From contig JBBCJN010000007.1 in NCBI GenBank assembly GCA_037190785.1, forward strand, positions 109,952 to 173,951: 64,000 bases of DNA, written 5' to 3'. Positions 20,587-31,007 of the stretch are shown in pieces. The translations under genes and the position numbers were made by a program. Each line of letters begins with the position of its first letter. Within the stretch, counting starts at the first letter, position 1. Source of the DNA: Pedobacter sp. GTDB lineage: Bacteria > Bacteroidota > Bacteroidia > Sphingobacteriales > Sphingobacteriaceae. Below the pieces are notes generated by a model that saw nothing but the letters and a program-made list of their open reading frames with translations, did no database searches and was not told where the DNA came from.

Positions 20587-21288
20587 ATGATTAACAAAGT
20601 AGTGAAGGATGCGGAAGAAGCAATCTCAGATATTGTGAGTGGACAAACGCTCATGTTGGGAGGTTTTGGCTTATGTGGAATCCCTGAGAATTGCATTACT
20701 GCTCTGGTGAAAAAGGGCATTGATGAACTCACCTGTATTTCCAACAATGCTGGTGTCGATGATTTTGGAATTGGACTCCTATTACAAAAACGCCAGGTGA
20801 AAAAGATGATTGCGTCTTATGTCGGGGAAAATGCCGAGTTTGAACGGCAGTTGTTAAGTGGTGAGTTAGAGGTGGAACTGATCCCACAAGGCACGCTGGC
20901 CACTCGTTGCATGGCAGCTGGTTACGGAATGCCGGTGATTTATACACCCGCAGGTGTAGGTACCGAAGTAGCAGAAGGAAAAGAAGTCAGGAACTTTAAT
21001 GGAAAAGACTACCTGATGGAATATGCTTTTGACGCGGATTTTGCTCTGGTGAAAGCCTGGAAAGGAGACACCGCGGGGAATCTTATTTTTCGTTCCACTA
21101 GTAGGAACTTCAATCCCGTCATGGCCATGGCCGGAAAAGTAACTATTGCGGAAGTCGAAGAATTGGTGCCCGCTGGTGAACTCGATCCGGATCATATTCA
21201 TACACCAGGGATTTATGTCCACCGTATTTTTGAAGGGAAGGACTACGAGAAGAGGATCGAACAGCGAACTGTCAGAACTAAAAGATAA
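20587..21288 (+). CDS. scoA: 3-oxoacid CoA-transferase subunit A
   Basis: Start moved to ATG 20587 (MINKVV). [30 protein letters not shown]. Confidence 0.9.
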   Translation: MINKVVKDAEEAISDIVSGQTLMLGGFGLCGIPENCITALVKKGIDELTCISNNAGVDDFGIGLLLQKRQVKKMIASYVGENAEFERQLLSGELEVELIPQGTLATRCMAAGYGMPVIYTPAGVGTEVAEGKEVRNFNGKDYLMEYAFDADFALVKAWKGDTAGNLIFRSTSRNFNPVMAMAGKVTIAEVEELVPAGELDPDHIHTPGIYVHRIFEGKDYEKRIEQRTVRTKR

Positions 21289-21360
21289 TTTTCAAGCGGG
21301 TGTTTCTTAGGATGTTTTTTGCACACAATTAAATGCCCTTTCATTTGATAAAGAAATTTC

Positions 21361-22023
21361 ATGTTAGATAAAAATGGAATTGCAAGAAGGATTGCAAAAG
21401 AAATAAAGAACGGCTATTATGTCAATCTGGGAATTGGAATTCCCACACTGGTAGCTAATTACATTCCCTCAGACATTGAGGTGGTGCTGCAGTCCGAAAA
21501 TGGCCTGCTAGGGATGGGACCTTTCCCCTTTGAAGGAGAAGAGGATGCAGATTTAATTAATGCAGGTAAGCAAACCATTACTACCCTTCCGGGATCATCT
21601 ATTTTTGATTCGGCAATGAGTTTTGGTATGATACGCGCTCAAAAGGTAGACTTGACTATCTTGGGAGCCATGGAAGTATCCGAAAATGGGGACATTGCCA
21701 ATTGGAAAATTCCAGGAAAAATGGTAAAGGGCATGGGTGGAGCGATGGATTTGGTGGCTTCTGCGAAACAGATTATTGTGGCGATGCAGCACGTGAATAA
21801 GGCAGGTGAAAGTAAATTATTGCCTTCTTGCACTTTACCCTTAACGGGAGTGAAATGCATTAAAAAAGTAGTCACTGAACTGGCCGTACTGGACATTCTT
21901 CCGGAAGGAGGATTTCATCTTCGTGAAAGAGCACCCGGGGTTAGTACCGACTATATCCGTCAGGCTACCGCCGGCAGACTGATCATCGAAGGAGAAATTC
22001 CGGAGATGAGGCTGGATGATTAA
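21361..22023 (+). CDS. scoB: 3-oxoacid CoA-transferase subunit B
   Basis: VNLGIGIPT, LQSENG (catalytic Glu), KGMGGAMDL. Confidence 0.9.
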   Translation: MLDKNGIARRIAKEIKNGYYVNLGIGIPTLVANYIPSDIEVVLQSENGLLGMGPFPFEGEEDADLINAGKQTITTLPGSSIFDSAMSFGMIRAQKVDLTILGAMEVSENGDIANWKIPGKMVKGMGGAMDLVASAKQIIVAMQHVNKAGESKLLPSCTLPLTGVKCIKKVVTELAVLDILPEGGFHLRERAPGVSTDYIRQATAGRLIIEGEIPEMRLDD

Positions 22024-22069
22024 ACACAAAAGGAACGCCTCATTAAATGCGCTGCCTTTTCGGAAGAAA

Positions 22070-22714
22070 TTAAATCTGATATTTTTCTTTGATGTCGGTG
22101 GAAATCTCTGCGGTAATGTTTATGATAACCTCGGGTACATCGACATTATTGATGACTACTTTGTCGCAGGTGTTTTTATGCGGAAGCAGGTAGGTCTTAT
22201 AGGCTGGAACTACATGGTTATGCCATTTATAGAGGACGTCTTCTTCAGGATAACCACGTTCCAGTCCGTCTCTTTTTATGCGTCGTTGAAGCGCTACCTG
22301 TTCGTCCGCATCAATGAAAATACGGATGTCCAATAATTCGGCAATGCGTTTAAAGTGTAAAATAAAGAGACCTTCTACGATAAGGATGGGTGCAGGATGA
22401 ATTTCCAAAATTTTAACAACGGCTAATGGATTGTTAAAACTATATTCTTTCTTATAAACGGTCTCACCCTTTATTAATTTTTTAATATCAATGAGAAACT
22501 GTTCTTCATCAATGGTCGAAGGGAGATCAAAATTATAAAGTTTGTTCTCCTCTTGGGTCATTTCTCCGGCCGGGATGTAATAGTCATCCTGCGAAACAAG
22601 GGTGACTTCATCGTGTTTAAAGTGGTGTAAAAAGGTATTGAGAAAAAATGTCTTCCCGGAGCCACTGCCTCCGGCTATTCCTATAATGAGCGGTTTTTCA
22701 GAATTATTGTTCAT
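22070..22714 (-). CDS. udk: Uridine kinase family protein
   Basis: GIAGGSGSGKT, QDDYY, NFDLP, IVEGL, RRIKRD...ERG. Confidence 0.85.
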   Translation of the reverse strand: MNNNSEKPLIIGIAGGSGSGKTFFLNTFLHHFKHDEVTLVSQDDYYIPAGEMTQEENKLYNFDLPSTIDEEQFLIDIKKLIKGETVYKKEYSFNNPLAVVKILEIHPAPILIVEGLFILHFKRIAELLDIRIFIDADEQVALQRRIKRDGLERGYPEEDVLYKWHNHVVPAYKTYLLPHKNTCDKVVINNVDVPEVIINITAEISTDIKEKYQI

Positions 22715-24002
22715 TCTCTACAGAGCCGTAATTTAAGTTACAAAAAAAACGCTTGTCCAACGCCCCTACAGCATCGGCAACCGCTTTTGTCATTACCACG
22801 ATCACATCTTTTGTTGATTCATTTTCAGTGAATTTACCAACTACTTTCGCAAAAGCAGAACGATTGGTCATAGGATTAGTGATTTTCATGATGGTTCCCA
22901 CAGGAGCAGTCCGGTGCAGAATTAACATTTTATTAGGGTCTAAATCAGGATCTGAGATCCATACAGCTGTCCCTTTTTCATCTACCTGGCTCAATCCATA
23001 GCGACTGGCTGGTAAACGTAAGGAGGGATCTTTGATTGTTTCTACTTGTCCTTCTTCGTGGCTTTCCGAGGTAGAGGTAACGAGGTTGCCTGCAGGAAGT
23101 GGAGCAGATGGGTTCGCCTTTGAGACGTTTTTTATTGTTAACTGCTGGCCCACAGTTAAATTATTCGAATTTAGGTTGTTGGCCTGCTGAATTTGATAAG
23201 TGGTTGTGCTGTACTTTCTGGCAATGGCGTAGATGGTTTCTCCAGAGGCCACGGTATGGATAATGTCGTTAGCAGCTGGATTGGTAACCGGAGAAGTCGT
23301 GGAAGGATTGGTTACAGTGTTCGCACCGGTAACAGAAGGGGTCTCGTCTTCCTGAAGTAAGAGGACCTGACCTACTTGCAGCTGGTTGTTTGTGAGACGA
23401 TTTATCCGCTTTAAATCATCTACACTCAATTGATAGCGTTGTGCAATTAAATGAAGGTTTTCTCTCGCCTTTACCGTATGGCTTTGCGGACGGTTGCTTG
23501 TCGCAGGAGCTGAAACGGGAATCGGATTCTGGATGGGTACAGGCGGGACCTGGCTAGGATTTCCTGAAGAGGGAATTAACAAAACCTGTCCAATACGAAG
23601 GTTATTCCCGCTGAGTTGGTTAAGTTGTTTAATTTCTTCTACACTGGTGCCAAATTTCTGAGCAATTAAGTGGAGATTGTCTTTCGCAACCACCGTGTAG
23701 GAGCTTTCGGAGGTAATTCGACCGGTATTCGATGCCGTATTATTGAAGGGTTGTCCTGTAGGAACTTTAATTACAATGCCCGGTTGCAATGGCTTGCTTT
23801 CATTGAAATCCATCACCTCTCTGAAATGAAGATTGTATTTTTTGGCAATAGAGAAATAGGTCTCTTTGGTTTCTACTTTATATAAAATCACCTTTTTACC
23901 CTGGTGATTTTCCACGCCAATGGAATCGATCGTATTTCCGGCCTTCGCTATCATAAAATGAGACAATAGAAAAACCAGAAGAAGGCTATATTTTTTACAC
24001 AT
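22704..24002 (-). CDS. Secreted protein with four LysM domains and a C-terminal RlpA-like DPBB domain
   Basis: Signal peptide; four (H/Y)TV..(D/E)NL..IA..Y/F-type LysM repeats; C-terminal HRTAPVGTIMKITNP. Confidence 0.82.
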   Translation of the reverse strand: MCKKYSLLLVFLLSHFMIAKAGNTIDSIGVENHQGKKVILYKVETKETYFSIAKKYNLHFREVMDFNESKPLQPGIVIKVPTGQPFNNTASNTGRITSESSYTVVAKDNLHLIAQKFGTSVEEIKQLNQLSGNNLRIGQVLLIPSSGNPSQVPPVPIQNPIPVSAPATSNRPQSHTVKARENLHLIAQRYQLSVDDLKRINRLTNNQLQVGQVLLLQEDETPSVTGANTVTNPSTTSPVTNPAANDIIHTVASGETIYAIARKYSTTTYQIQQANNLNSNNLTVGQQLTIKNVSKANPSAPLPAGNLVTSTSESHEEGQVETIKDPSLRLPASRYGLSQVDEKGTAVWISDPDLDPNKMLILHRTAPVGTIMKITNPMTNRSAFAKVVGKFTENESTKDVIVVMTKAVADAVGALDKRFFCNLNYGSVENEQ

Positions 24003-24168
24003 TAATCTGTCAGAATATTAGGAAATACAAGTATACGAATAATTTATCACGCTCAATCATGTTTGTTAAACGTTCTCATGACACATCTATTGTTCGCATT
24101 TGTTAAATTTGTGAAATCAAATTGCGCTTTCCTTTGTTCTATGAAGGAAATCATTAAACGCTAATATT

Positions 24169-24648
24169 ATGAATGTAAAAGAGATCAGTTTAAATGAAAA
24201 AGATGTCAAGCCAGTGGTAGACATGCTTAATGAGTACCTTGCAAACTACCATGTTCATTACCAGAAATTGAGAGGTTGTCACTGGAATATTAAAGGACAG
24301 AATTTCTTTACTTTACACTTAAAGTTTGAGGAATTATACACCAATGCACAATTGACTATTGATGAAATTGCCGAAAGGGTGTTGACCTTAGGTAAACCTC
24401 CGCACAGTCGTTTTGAAGATTATGTGCGTGAATCTTCCATTAAAGAAATTGATACCATTGGGATGTCTGATATTCATATGGTGGAAGCCATTTTGGACGA
24501 CATGTCAAAGCTGATTGAAATGGAAAGGGCATTGCTTGAAGCTACGGATAAGGCGGGAGATGATGGATCTAATGACATGGTAAACCGTTTTATGCAGTTT
24601 AAAGAGAAAACCACGTGGATGCTTCGGTCTTTTGCAGGTAAGAAATAG
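24169..24648 (+). CDS. dps: Dps ferritin-like DNA-protection protein
   Basis: HWNIKG..FFTLHLKFEELY...IDEIAERVLTLG. Confidence 0.93.
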   Translation: MNVKEISLNEKDVKPVVDMLNEYLANYHVHYQKLRGCHWNIKGQNFFTLHLKFEELYTNAQLTIDEIAERVLTLGKPPHSRFEDYVRESSIKEIDTIGMSDIHMVEAILDDMSKLIEMERALLEATDKAGDDGSNDMVNRFMQFKEKTTWMLRSFAGKK

Positions 24649-24732
24649 GAATCAGCCATTTCTTTTTAAGCAATATCTAAAGGTGAAATCCCTTTTGGCA
24701 TTTAAACAGATGTATCTCTATCTTTGAGGCCT

Positions 24733-26568
24733 ATGGGATATCAACATTTAGCGGCTTGCGTGGCCGATTTGGAGAGTCATGGACACCTGATACGTATCAA
24801 AGAAGAGGTGGATCCTTATCTGGAAATGGCTGCCATTCATCTTCGTGTCTACGAACAGCAAGGTCCGGCTTTATTTTTTGAGCGGGTAAAGGGAAGCCCT
24901 TTTCCAGCAGTTTCCAATCTGTTTGGAACGCTGGATCGCTCAAAATTTATGTTTCGAGACAGCCTTGACAAGGTGAAACGCTTGGTGGAGCTTCGTGGGG
25001 ATCCCATGAAAGCCCTAAAGAAACCTTGGGCGTATGTTGGAACAGGGATTTCTGCTGTATCCGCGCTGCCGTTTCGTCAATCTTTGTGGAGGAATACTTT
25101 TCAAAAGACAACCATCGATCAGTTGCCACAGATTGTCAACTGGCCCATGGATGGAGGTGCGTTTATCACCATGCCCCAGGTATATACGGAAGACGTTGAT
25201 TTGCCGGGGATCATGCATTCGAATCTGGGGATGTACCGGATTCAGTTATCCGGTAATGATTACCTTCCTAATCAGGAGGTAGGTCTTCACTACCAAATTC
25301 ACCGGGGAATTGGGGTTCATCAGACCAAAGCCAATGCCAAAGGCATCCCTTTAAAAGTATCTGTTTTTGTGGGAGGGCCTCCTTCGCATGCCTTGTCTGC
25401 AGTGATGCCTTTGCCCGAGGGGCTGTCCGAATTGACTTTTGCCGGTGTGCTCGGAAGCCGGCGCTTTCGCTATTTCTATGATGACGAAGGTTTTTGTCTA
25501 TCGGCAGATGCAGATTTCGTCATTACCGGGACCGTTTATCCTCAGGAGACAAAGCCTGAAGGTCCATTTGGTGACCATTTAGGCTATTATAGTCTGATTC
25601 ATCCCTTTCCGGTGATGAAGGTTCATTCGGTGTACCATCGGAAAGACGCCATTTGGAATTTCACCGTTGTTGGACGCCCTCCACAGGAAGACACCAGCTT
25701 CGGCGCACTTATTCATGAAATTACTGGGGCTGCCATGCCCCAGGAAATTGCGGGACTTAAGGAAGTAAATGCGGTAGATGCTGCGGGAGTACATCCATTG
25801 CTGTTTGCCATTGGAAGCGAACGGTATACTCCTTATTTGGAAAGCAAACGTCCGCAGGAAATTCTCACCATTGCAAATCACATTCTTGGGAAAAACCAAT
25901 TAAGTTTGGCCAAATACTTATGGATTGCTGCGCGAGAAGACAATGAACGGCTAAGTACGAAAACGATTGCCGATTTCCTGATCCATATGTTGGAAAGAAT
26001 AGACTTTAATCGAGATGTTCATTTTCATACACAAACCACCATTGATACGCTTGATTATACAGGGCATGGTTTAAATGCCGGCTCAAAAGTTGTTTTTGCA
26101 GCTGCTGGCCTGCCAAAAAGGAACTTAACCACTCAATTGCCCTCTTTTTCTTCTCTTCCTGAAAATTTCTCTAATCCGATAATTGCGATACCTGGTGTGC
26201 TGACACTTAGTGCCCCTATTTATACTGATGAGGTAATTCAGGAAAAGGAAATGCATGTATTAGACCATTGTCTGCGAGAGATGAATTTGGAAGGCATCGC
26301 ATTGATCATCGTTTGTGATGATTCCTCTTTTGCTGCTCATAATGTAGATAACCTAGTGTGGACGGCTTTTACAAAAAGTAATCCTGCAAGTGATATCTAT
26401 GGAGTAAAATCCCATTATTTCCATAAGCATTGGGGTTGTGATGGCCCTTTAATCATTGATGCCCGGACGAAAAATCACCACGCCCCACCGTTGGTAAAAG
26501 AGGGGGAGGTAGAAGAACGGATAGATCGTTTTTGGAAAAAAGGAGGGGCATTGGCTCATTTGAAATAG
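24733..26568 (+). CDS. UbiD family prFMN-dependent decarboxylase
   Basis: EEVDPYLE, ALFFERV, NLFGT, NLGMYRIQ, PEGPFGDHLGYY, VVGRPPQED; probable start ATG 24733. Confidence 0.88.
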   Translation: MGYQHLAACVADLESHGHLIRIKEEVDPYLEMAAIHLRVYEQQGPALFFERVKGSPFPAVSNLFGTLDRSKFMFRDSLDKVKRLVELRGDPMKALKKPWAYVGTGISAVSALPFRQSLWRNTFQKTTIDQLPQIVNWPMDGGAFITMPQVYTEDVDLPGIMHSNLGMYRIQLSGNDYLPNQEVGLHYQIHRGIGVHQTKANAKGIPLKVSVFVGGPPSHALSAVMPLPEGLSELTFAGVLGSRRFRYFYDDEGFCLSADADFVITGTVYPQETKPEGPFGDHLGYYSLIHPFPVMKVHSVYHRKDAIWNFTVVGRPPQEDTSFGALIHEITGAAMPQEIAGLKEVNAVDAAGVHPLLFAIGSERYTPYLESKRPQEILTIANHILGKNQLSLAKYLWIAAREDNERLSTKTIADFLIHMLERIDFNRDVHFHTQTTIDTLDYTGHGLNAGSKVVFAAAGLPKRNLTTQLPSFSSLPENFSNPIIAIPGVLTLSAPIYTDEVIQEKEMHVLDHCLREMNLEGIALIIVCDDSSFAAHNVDNLVWTAFTKSNPASDIYGVKSHYFHKHWGCDGPLIIDARTKNHHAPPLVKEGEVEERIDRFWKKGGALAHLK

Positions 26569-26842
26569 CAAGGATGATTTTTGGTTATGCTCCCCTTTAA
26601 TAAAAATTAAAACCGGTTAAAACACCGTTCTTAGTTTTGTCTTAGATAGGGACGATGGCATCGGCGAAGAGATTCTAAAAGGTTTTTGGTGAATTTTTCG
26701 CTGGATTTCAGGATAACTTTTTACAAAAGGGGATCGCGGGGTGTGAAGGAAAAACGCGCCTCAAGCTAAGGTCGTGACTGATCTGATGATTTTTCTGAGG
26801 AGTGATTTCGCAGCGTATAGCACCGTTAATCAGGCTAAAAGG

Positions 26843-26907
26843 AAAGGCTGTTTAAGAAGGTAGTCATCCGGGTCATTTGGGTTTTGACATCTTTTTAAAC
26901 AGCCTTT
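26843..26907. repeat. Inverted repeat with about 23-bp arms downstream of the FadL-like gene (terminator or REP-like)
   Basis: AAAGGCTGTTTAAGAAGGTAGTCA ... TGACATCTTTTTAAACAGCCTTT. Confidence 0.6.
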
Positions 26908-26942
26908 GGTATTTTAAGGAGGACTTCTCCTTTCATTCAGGT

Positions 26943-28454
26943 TTAAAATCTCACTCCGAAAGTAAGAAACACATTGTCTTTTCCTTGTTGCATGGTAGCG
27001 GTTGCATTCGCTCCATTGGAAAGGCTATAGGGGCTGAAAGTAAATGTGTTTTCAAAACGCTGATAGGTCAAATCTACAAAGTAGTTCTTAGCGCGATAGC
27101 CTAACCCTCCGCTATAAATCTGATTTTGAAAAGTATTGTCCTCGTCATCTTTATAGGGGCTTCCATTCACAGCATAACCAGCACGTAAACTCAAGGCGTC
27201 GATTTTAAATTCATACCCGATGCGAAAATTAATGGCCGACTGGAAATTATTTTGAACCGTTTGATTGCTTTGAACGATTTCCTGGGCAGTACTGTTGCCT
27301 CCTGAACTGGTAAAACGAATCGCCGAATAATCAATGAAATCAAGATCGGCGGTCAACATCGAAGTGCCTCCTATGATATAGCTTCCTCCGAGGGATCCCT
27401 TTAGCGGGGTTCTCAGATTATAGGAATAATCATACGTTCTACTGTTACTAGTTCCACGAACAGTTTCCCGGTTATCTAATTGTTCGGTATAGCTATCTTC
27501 AATGTTAAACCAGGTAGGTGTCTGAAGGGTAGCTCCAATACGCAGGCCTTCCGCTGCTCTGAAAATAACGCCTAATCTCCCGTTGATTCCTGAACCGGTC
27601 GTGTTTTGATTTTGATTAAAAAGCAATTTGTAATTGATGTTATTTCCGGAAAGATTCCCGTTAGCAAGGTATTCTCGGGCTATTCCACTTTCCATATAGG
27701 AAGCGTCATTTTGGTAACGCAAATCGATTAATCCAATATTCACCCCAATGTATACCTGATTGGAGATGTTCGCTGCGGCAGACAAACTAAATTCGGATAC
27801 GGAGCCGGATCTGATCTCGTTTTTATGTTGGAAATTGCTGTTTTGAGCATCTGCAAAGGTCTCGGGGTAATAATTATTGGCGACGTTATCGTAGCTGATC
27901 AGGTAGTTGTTATAGGCCCATCCTTCTAAGTGATCGGTATTTCCCAGGTTATTTTCGGAAGTTGATCCGGCAATTTGAGCAAAATAATCGGCAATGGAGG
28001 TACTTCGATTGTGACCTGAATAAGTCGTTTCCATACCGAAGTCATTGTTGCGGTTGTAGCCGAGACCAAACACCGTACTGATCAGCCCTGTTTTAGTGTC
28101 CTGGCCGGCCTGTTTATAGACCGGATTAAAGAAAACAACTCCTGCTTGTTGAATATTTAACTGGCTTTTATCGGTCTTGCTTTGTTGATCTAAGTAGGCT
28201 CCTTTCATGCCAGTGCGATTAAATTCAGGGGTAAAACTGAATTCCGACTTGGTAAAAAGACCTAAGCCTGCCGGGTTTCCACCTAAGGAACTCATGTCGC
28301 CCCCAACCCCTATCTGGGCATTTCCTAGGGCTTTAAAACGGGCAGTACTCCCATAATTGGTTTGGGAGAAACGCAAACCATCATGTCCGTATTGGGCATA
28401 GAGCGAGTGCGTAATCGCAAAAGTTGCGATCAGGGTGAATATGCGTTTTTTCAT
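26943..28454 (-). CDS. OmpP1/FadL family outer-membrane beta-barrel
   Basis: Signal peptide; STARFKALGNAQIGVGGDMSSLGGNPAGLG hatch motif; C-terminal Phe (GVRF). Confidence 0.82.
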   Translation of the reverse strand: MKKRIFTLIATFAITHSLYAQYGHDGLRFSQTNYGSTARFKALGNAQIGVGGDMSSLGGNPAGLGLFTKSEFSFTPEFNRTGMKGAYLDQQSKTDKSQLNIQQAGVVFFNPVYKQAGQDTKTGLISTVFGLGYNRNNDFGMETTYSGHNRSTSIADYFAQIAGSTSENNLGNTDHLEGWAYNNYLISYDNVANNYYPETFADAQNSNFQHKNEIRSGSVSEFSLSAAANISNQVYIGVNIGLIDLRYQNDASYMESGIAREYLANGNLSGNNINYKLLFNQNQNTTGSGINGRLGVIFRAAEGLRIGATLQTPTWFNIEDSYTEQLDNRETVRGTSNSRTYDYSYNLRTPLKGSLGGSYIIGGTSMLTADLDFIDYSAIRFTSSGGNSTAQEIVQSNQTVQNNFQSAINFRIGYEFKIDALSLRAGYAVNGSPYKDDEDNTFQNQIYSGGLGYRAKNYFVDLTYQRFENTFTFSPYSLSNGANATATMQQGKDNVFLTFGVRF

Positions 28455-28484
28455 TTTAAGAAGTGTGTTACAGTGTTAAAAGAA

Positions 28485-29426
28485 TTATCTGCCGCCACGG
28501 GTAGGTCGACCACCGCCGCCTCCACCACCACCACTTTCACCACCACGAGACCCACTACCCACCGTAGGGGGAGGAGTATTTGACCGGGTGGGAGGAGGGG
28601 TGTACGTTGGACGTGGAGGAGGTGACTGTGCTGGTCTCGCACTGCCATTCCCACTTCCTGCATTTGTATTTCCACGAGAAGGTCTTCCATCGGAGCTTGG
28701 ACGAGAAATCCCATTTGAGCCCCCGTTTGGAGCCGTAGAAGTACGACCCGAACCACTGTTAGTGTACCCATCTCCACCACGCATTCCTGCCGGGCGTTGA
28801 GAGGTAGTAGAGGTCCCGCCATAATAGCGGCCATTTGATCGATTATTGATTCCGTTCTCAATGCCTCTTACGGGTCTGGCACCATAATTAGGGTTGCTGC
28901 CACGGCCTGTACCAGTCCAGCCATAATTGCCGCCCCAGTAACCACCCCAGTAACCACCCCAATAAGCTCCGTAATGACTTCCCCAGTAACCTACTCCATA
29001 GTAGGGACGGTTAAATACATAAGGACCCCACAGGGAGGAATAATAATAAGGATAAGTAGACCAAACGGAATAAGGATTATACCATCCGCCGCCTGATCCC
29101 CAGAAGAAATCATCGTAATAACCGTAAGGAGAGTAGAAACTATGGAAATAGCCTCTCCATGGGTTTCCATAATAGAAGCGATCGATACGCGAGGTATAAT
29201 CCCTGTCATAATAAACATCATTGTCGCCATAATAGTCAGACTGAGCTAAACTGTCAGGAGCTCTTTCTGATTGAATAAGGGGAGCTACCCGATACTCTTT
29301 GGCTTGGACCTGTGAGTGATACACATCGTCAGGCATAGAAGTACCTGCCAGTCGGGGTGACGAACAGGAGCTGATCATCAGGGCTGAAAGCCCGGCAGCA
29401 AAGGTGAACAAATATCTCGATTTCAT
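28485..29426 (-). CDS. Low-complexity Tyr/Trp/Gly-rich lipoprotein
   Basis: Lipobox ISS-C; PDDVY motif; YWGG repeats; Gly/Ser/Pro-rich tail. Confidence 0.78.
   Translation of the reverse strand: MKSRYLFTFAAGLSALMISSCSSPRLAGTSMPDDVYHSQVQAKEYRVAPLIQSERAPDSLAQSDYYGDNDVYYDRDYTSRIDRFYYGNPWRGYFHSFYSPYGYYDDFFWGSGGGWYNPYSVWSTYPYYYSSLWGPYVFNRPYYGVGYWGSHYGAYWGGYWGGYWGGNYGWTGTGRGSNPNYGARPVRGIENGINNRSNGRYYGGTSTTSQRPAGMRGGDGYTNSGSGRTSTAPNGGSNGISRPSSDGRPSRGNTNAGSGNGSARPAQSPPPRPTYTPPPTRSNTPPPTVGSGSRGGESGGGGGGGGRPTRGGR
28933..28992 (-). repeat. 12-nt repeat (CCCCAGTAACCA) encoding YWGG units
   Basis: Exact copies at 28933 and 28945, degenerate copies at 28957 and 28981. Confidence 0.75.
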
Positions 29427-29523
29427 AGTGTGTATATGAGTTTGGTGTAAAATGTACCTATAAATTTATAAATTTGTATTTAAATATACAAGAATTATCA
29501 CGCAAAAAACGTTCCAAATTATT

Positions 29524-30996
29524 ATGAGTAAAGGCATTACAAGCAAAACAGACGATTATTCCCAATGGTATAACGATATTGTTATAAAAGCCGATTTGGC
29601 AGAGCATTCATCCGTTAAGGGCTGTATGGTTATTAAGCCATATGGATACGCCATCTGGGAAAAAATGCAGGCTGTTCTAGATCAGATGTTTAAAGATACA
29701 GGTCACAGCAATGCTTATTTTCCTTTGTTTATACCGAAATCTTACTTCTCCAAAGAAGCTGCACACGTGGAAGGTTTCGCTACGGAATGTGCAGTAGTTA
29801 CTCACTATCGTTTAAAAAACGATGGAAATGGGCAAATTATTGTAGATGAGGAAGCAAAATTAGAAGAAGAACTGATTGTAAGACCTACATCCGAAACAAT
29901 TATTTGGAACACTTATCGGGGATGGATTCAGTCACACCGGGATTTACCTCTCTTAATTAATCAATGGGCGAATGTGGTAAGATGGGAAATGAGAACGCGT
30001 CTTTTTTTAAGGACTACAGAGTTTTTATGGCAGGAAGGGCATACCGCTCACGCAACGGCAGAAGAGGCGGTTGAAGAAACAGAAAAGATGCTGGAGGTAT
30101 ATGCTACGTTTGCAGAAAACTGGATGGCTGTGCCAGTTGTTCGGGGAAGAAAGACCGAATCAGAACGTTTTGCGGGCGCTTTGGATACCTATTGTATTGA
30201 AGCCTTGATGCAGGATGGCAAAGCGCTTCAGGCGGGAACTTCCCATTTTCTGGGGCAGAATTTTGCAAAAGCTTTTGATGTGAAGTTTGCCAATAAAGAA
30301 GGAAAACTGGAACATGTTTGGGCCACTTCGTGGGGGGTTTCTACTCGCTTAATGGGCGCCCTTATCATGTCACATAGCGACGATAGCGGTCTAGTGCTGC
30401 CTCCTAAACTTGCCCCTATTCAGGTAGTGATTGTTCCCATTTATAAAGGTCAGGAAGAAAAGGAGAAGATCGGCGCATACGTGGATCAATTGATGGCAGA
30501 GTTAAAAACACTGGGCATTTCAGTGAAATACGATGACCGCGATAGTCAGCGTCCGGGCTTCAAATTCGCGGAATATGAACTTAAAGGGGTGCCTGTAAGG
30601 GTCGCCATTGGCGGAAGAGACATGGAAAATGGTACGGTAGAGCTTGCCAGAAGGGACACCCGCGAAAAAAGCAGTATTTCGCAGGAAGGTTTGTCCGGGC
30701 ATATTCATCTTTTATTGGAAGAGATTCAGGAAGCCATTTATTCAAAAGCCCTGTCTTTCCGTGACGAACATATTACAGAGGCAAATTCGTACGAAGAGTT
30801 TAAACAGTTATTGGAAGAAAAAACAGGATTCATTGCCGCCCATTGGGATGGCACTGCAGAAACCGAAAAGAGAATAAAAGAAGAAACCAAAGCCACCATT
30901 CGTTGCATTCCTTTAAACAATGTACAGGAAAATGGTGTTTGTATCATCTCAGGTAAACCTTCCGCACAACGAGTGCTGTTTGCCCGTGCCTATTAA
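29524..30996 (+). CDS. proS: Proline--tRNA ligase (eukaryote/archaeal-like type)
   Basis: [50 protein letters not shown]-terminal FARAY. Confidence 0.97.
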   Translation: MSKGITSKTDDYSQWYNDIVIKADLAEHSSVKGCMVIKPYGYAIWEKMQAVLDQMFKDTGHSNAYFPLFIPKSYFSKEAAHVEGFATECAVVTHYRLKNDGNGQIIVDEEAKLEEELIVRPTSETIIWNTYRGWIQSHRDLPLLINQWANVVRWEMRTRLFLRTTEFLWQEGHTAHATAEEAVEETEKMLEVYATFAENWMAVPVVRGRKTESERFAGALDTYCIEALMQDGKALQAGTSHFLGQNFAKAFDVKFANKEGKLEHVWATSWGVSTRLMGALIMSHSDDSGLVLPPKLAPIQVVIVPIYKGQEEKEKIGAYVDQLMAELKTLGISVKYDDRDSQRPGFKFAEYELKGVPVRVAIGGRDMENGTVELARRDTREKSSISQEGLSGHIHLLLEEIQEAIYSKALSFRDEHITEANSYEEFKQLLEEKTGFIAAHWDGTAETEKRIKEETKATIRCIPLNNVQENGVCIISGKPSAQRVLFARAY

Positions 30997-31007
30997 ATAG
31001 AGACCAA

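Noticed and set aside
22016-22336. 106-aa plus-strand ORF and the many other short antisense or alternate-frame ORFs in the track
   Set aside because: Shadows of well-supported genes, with no motifs
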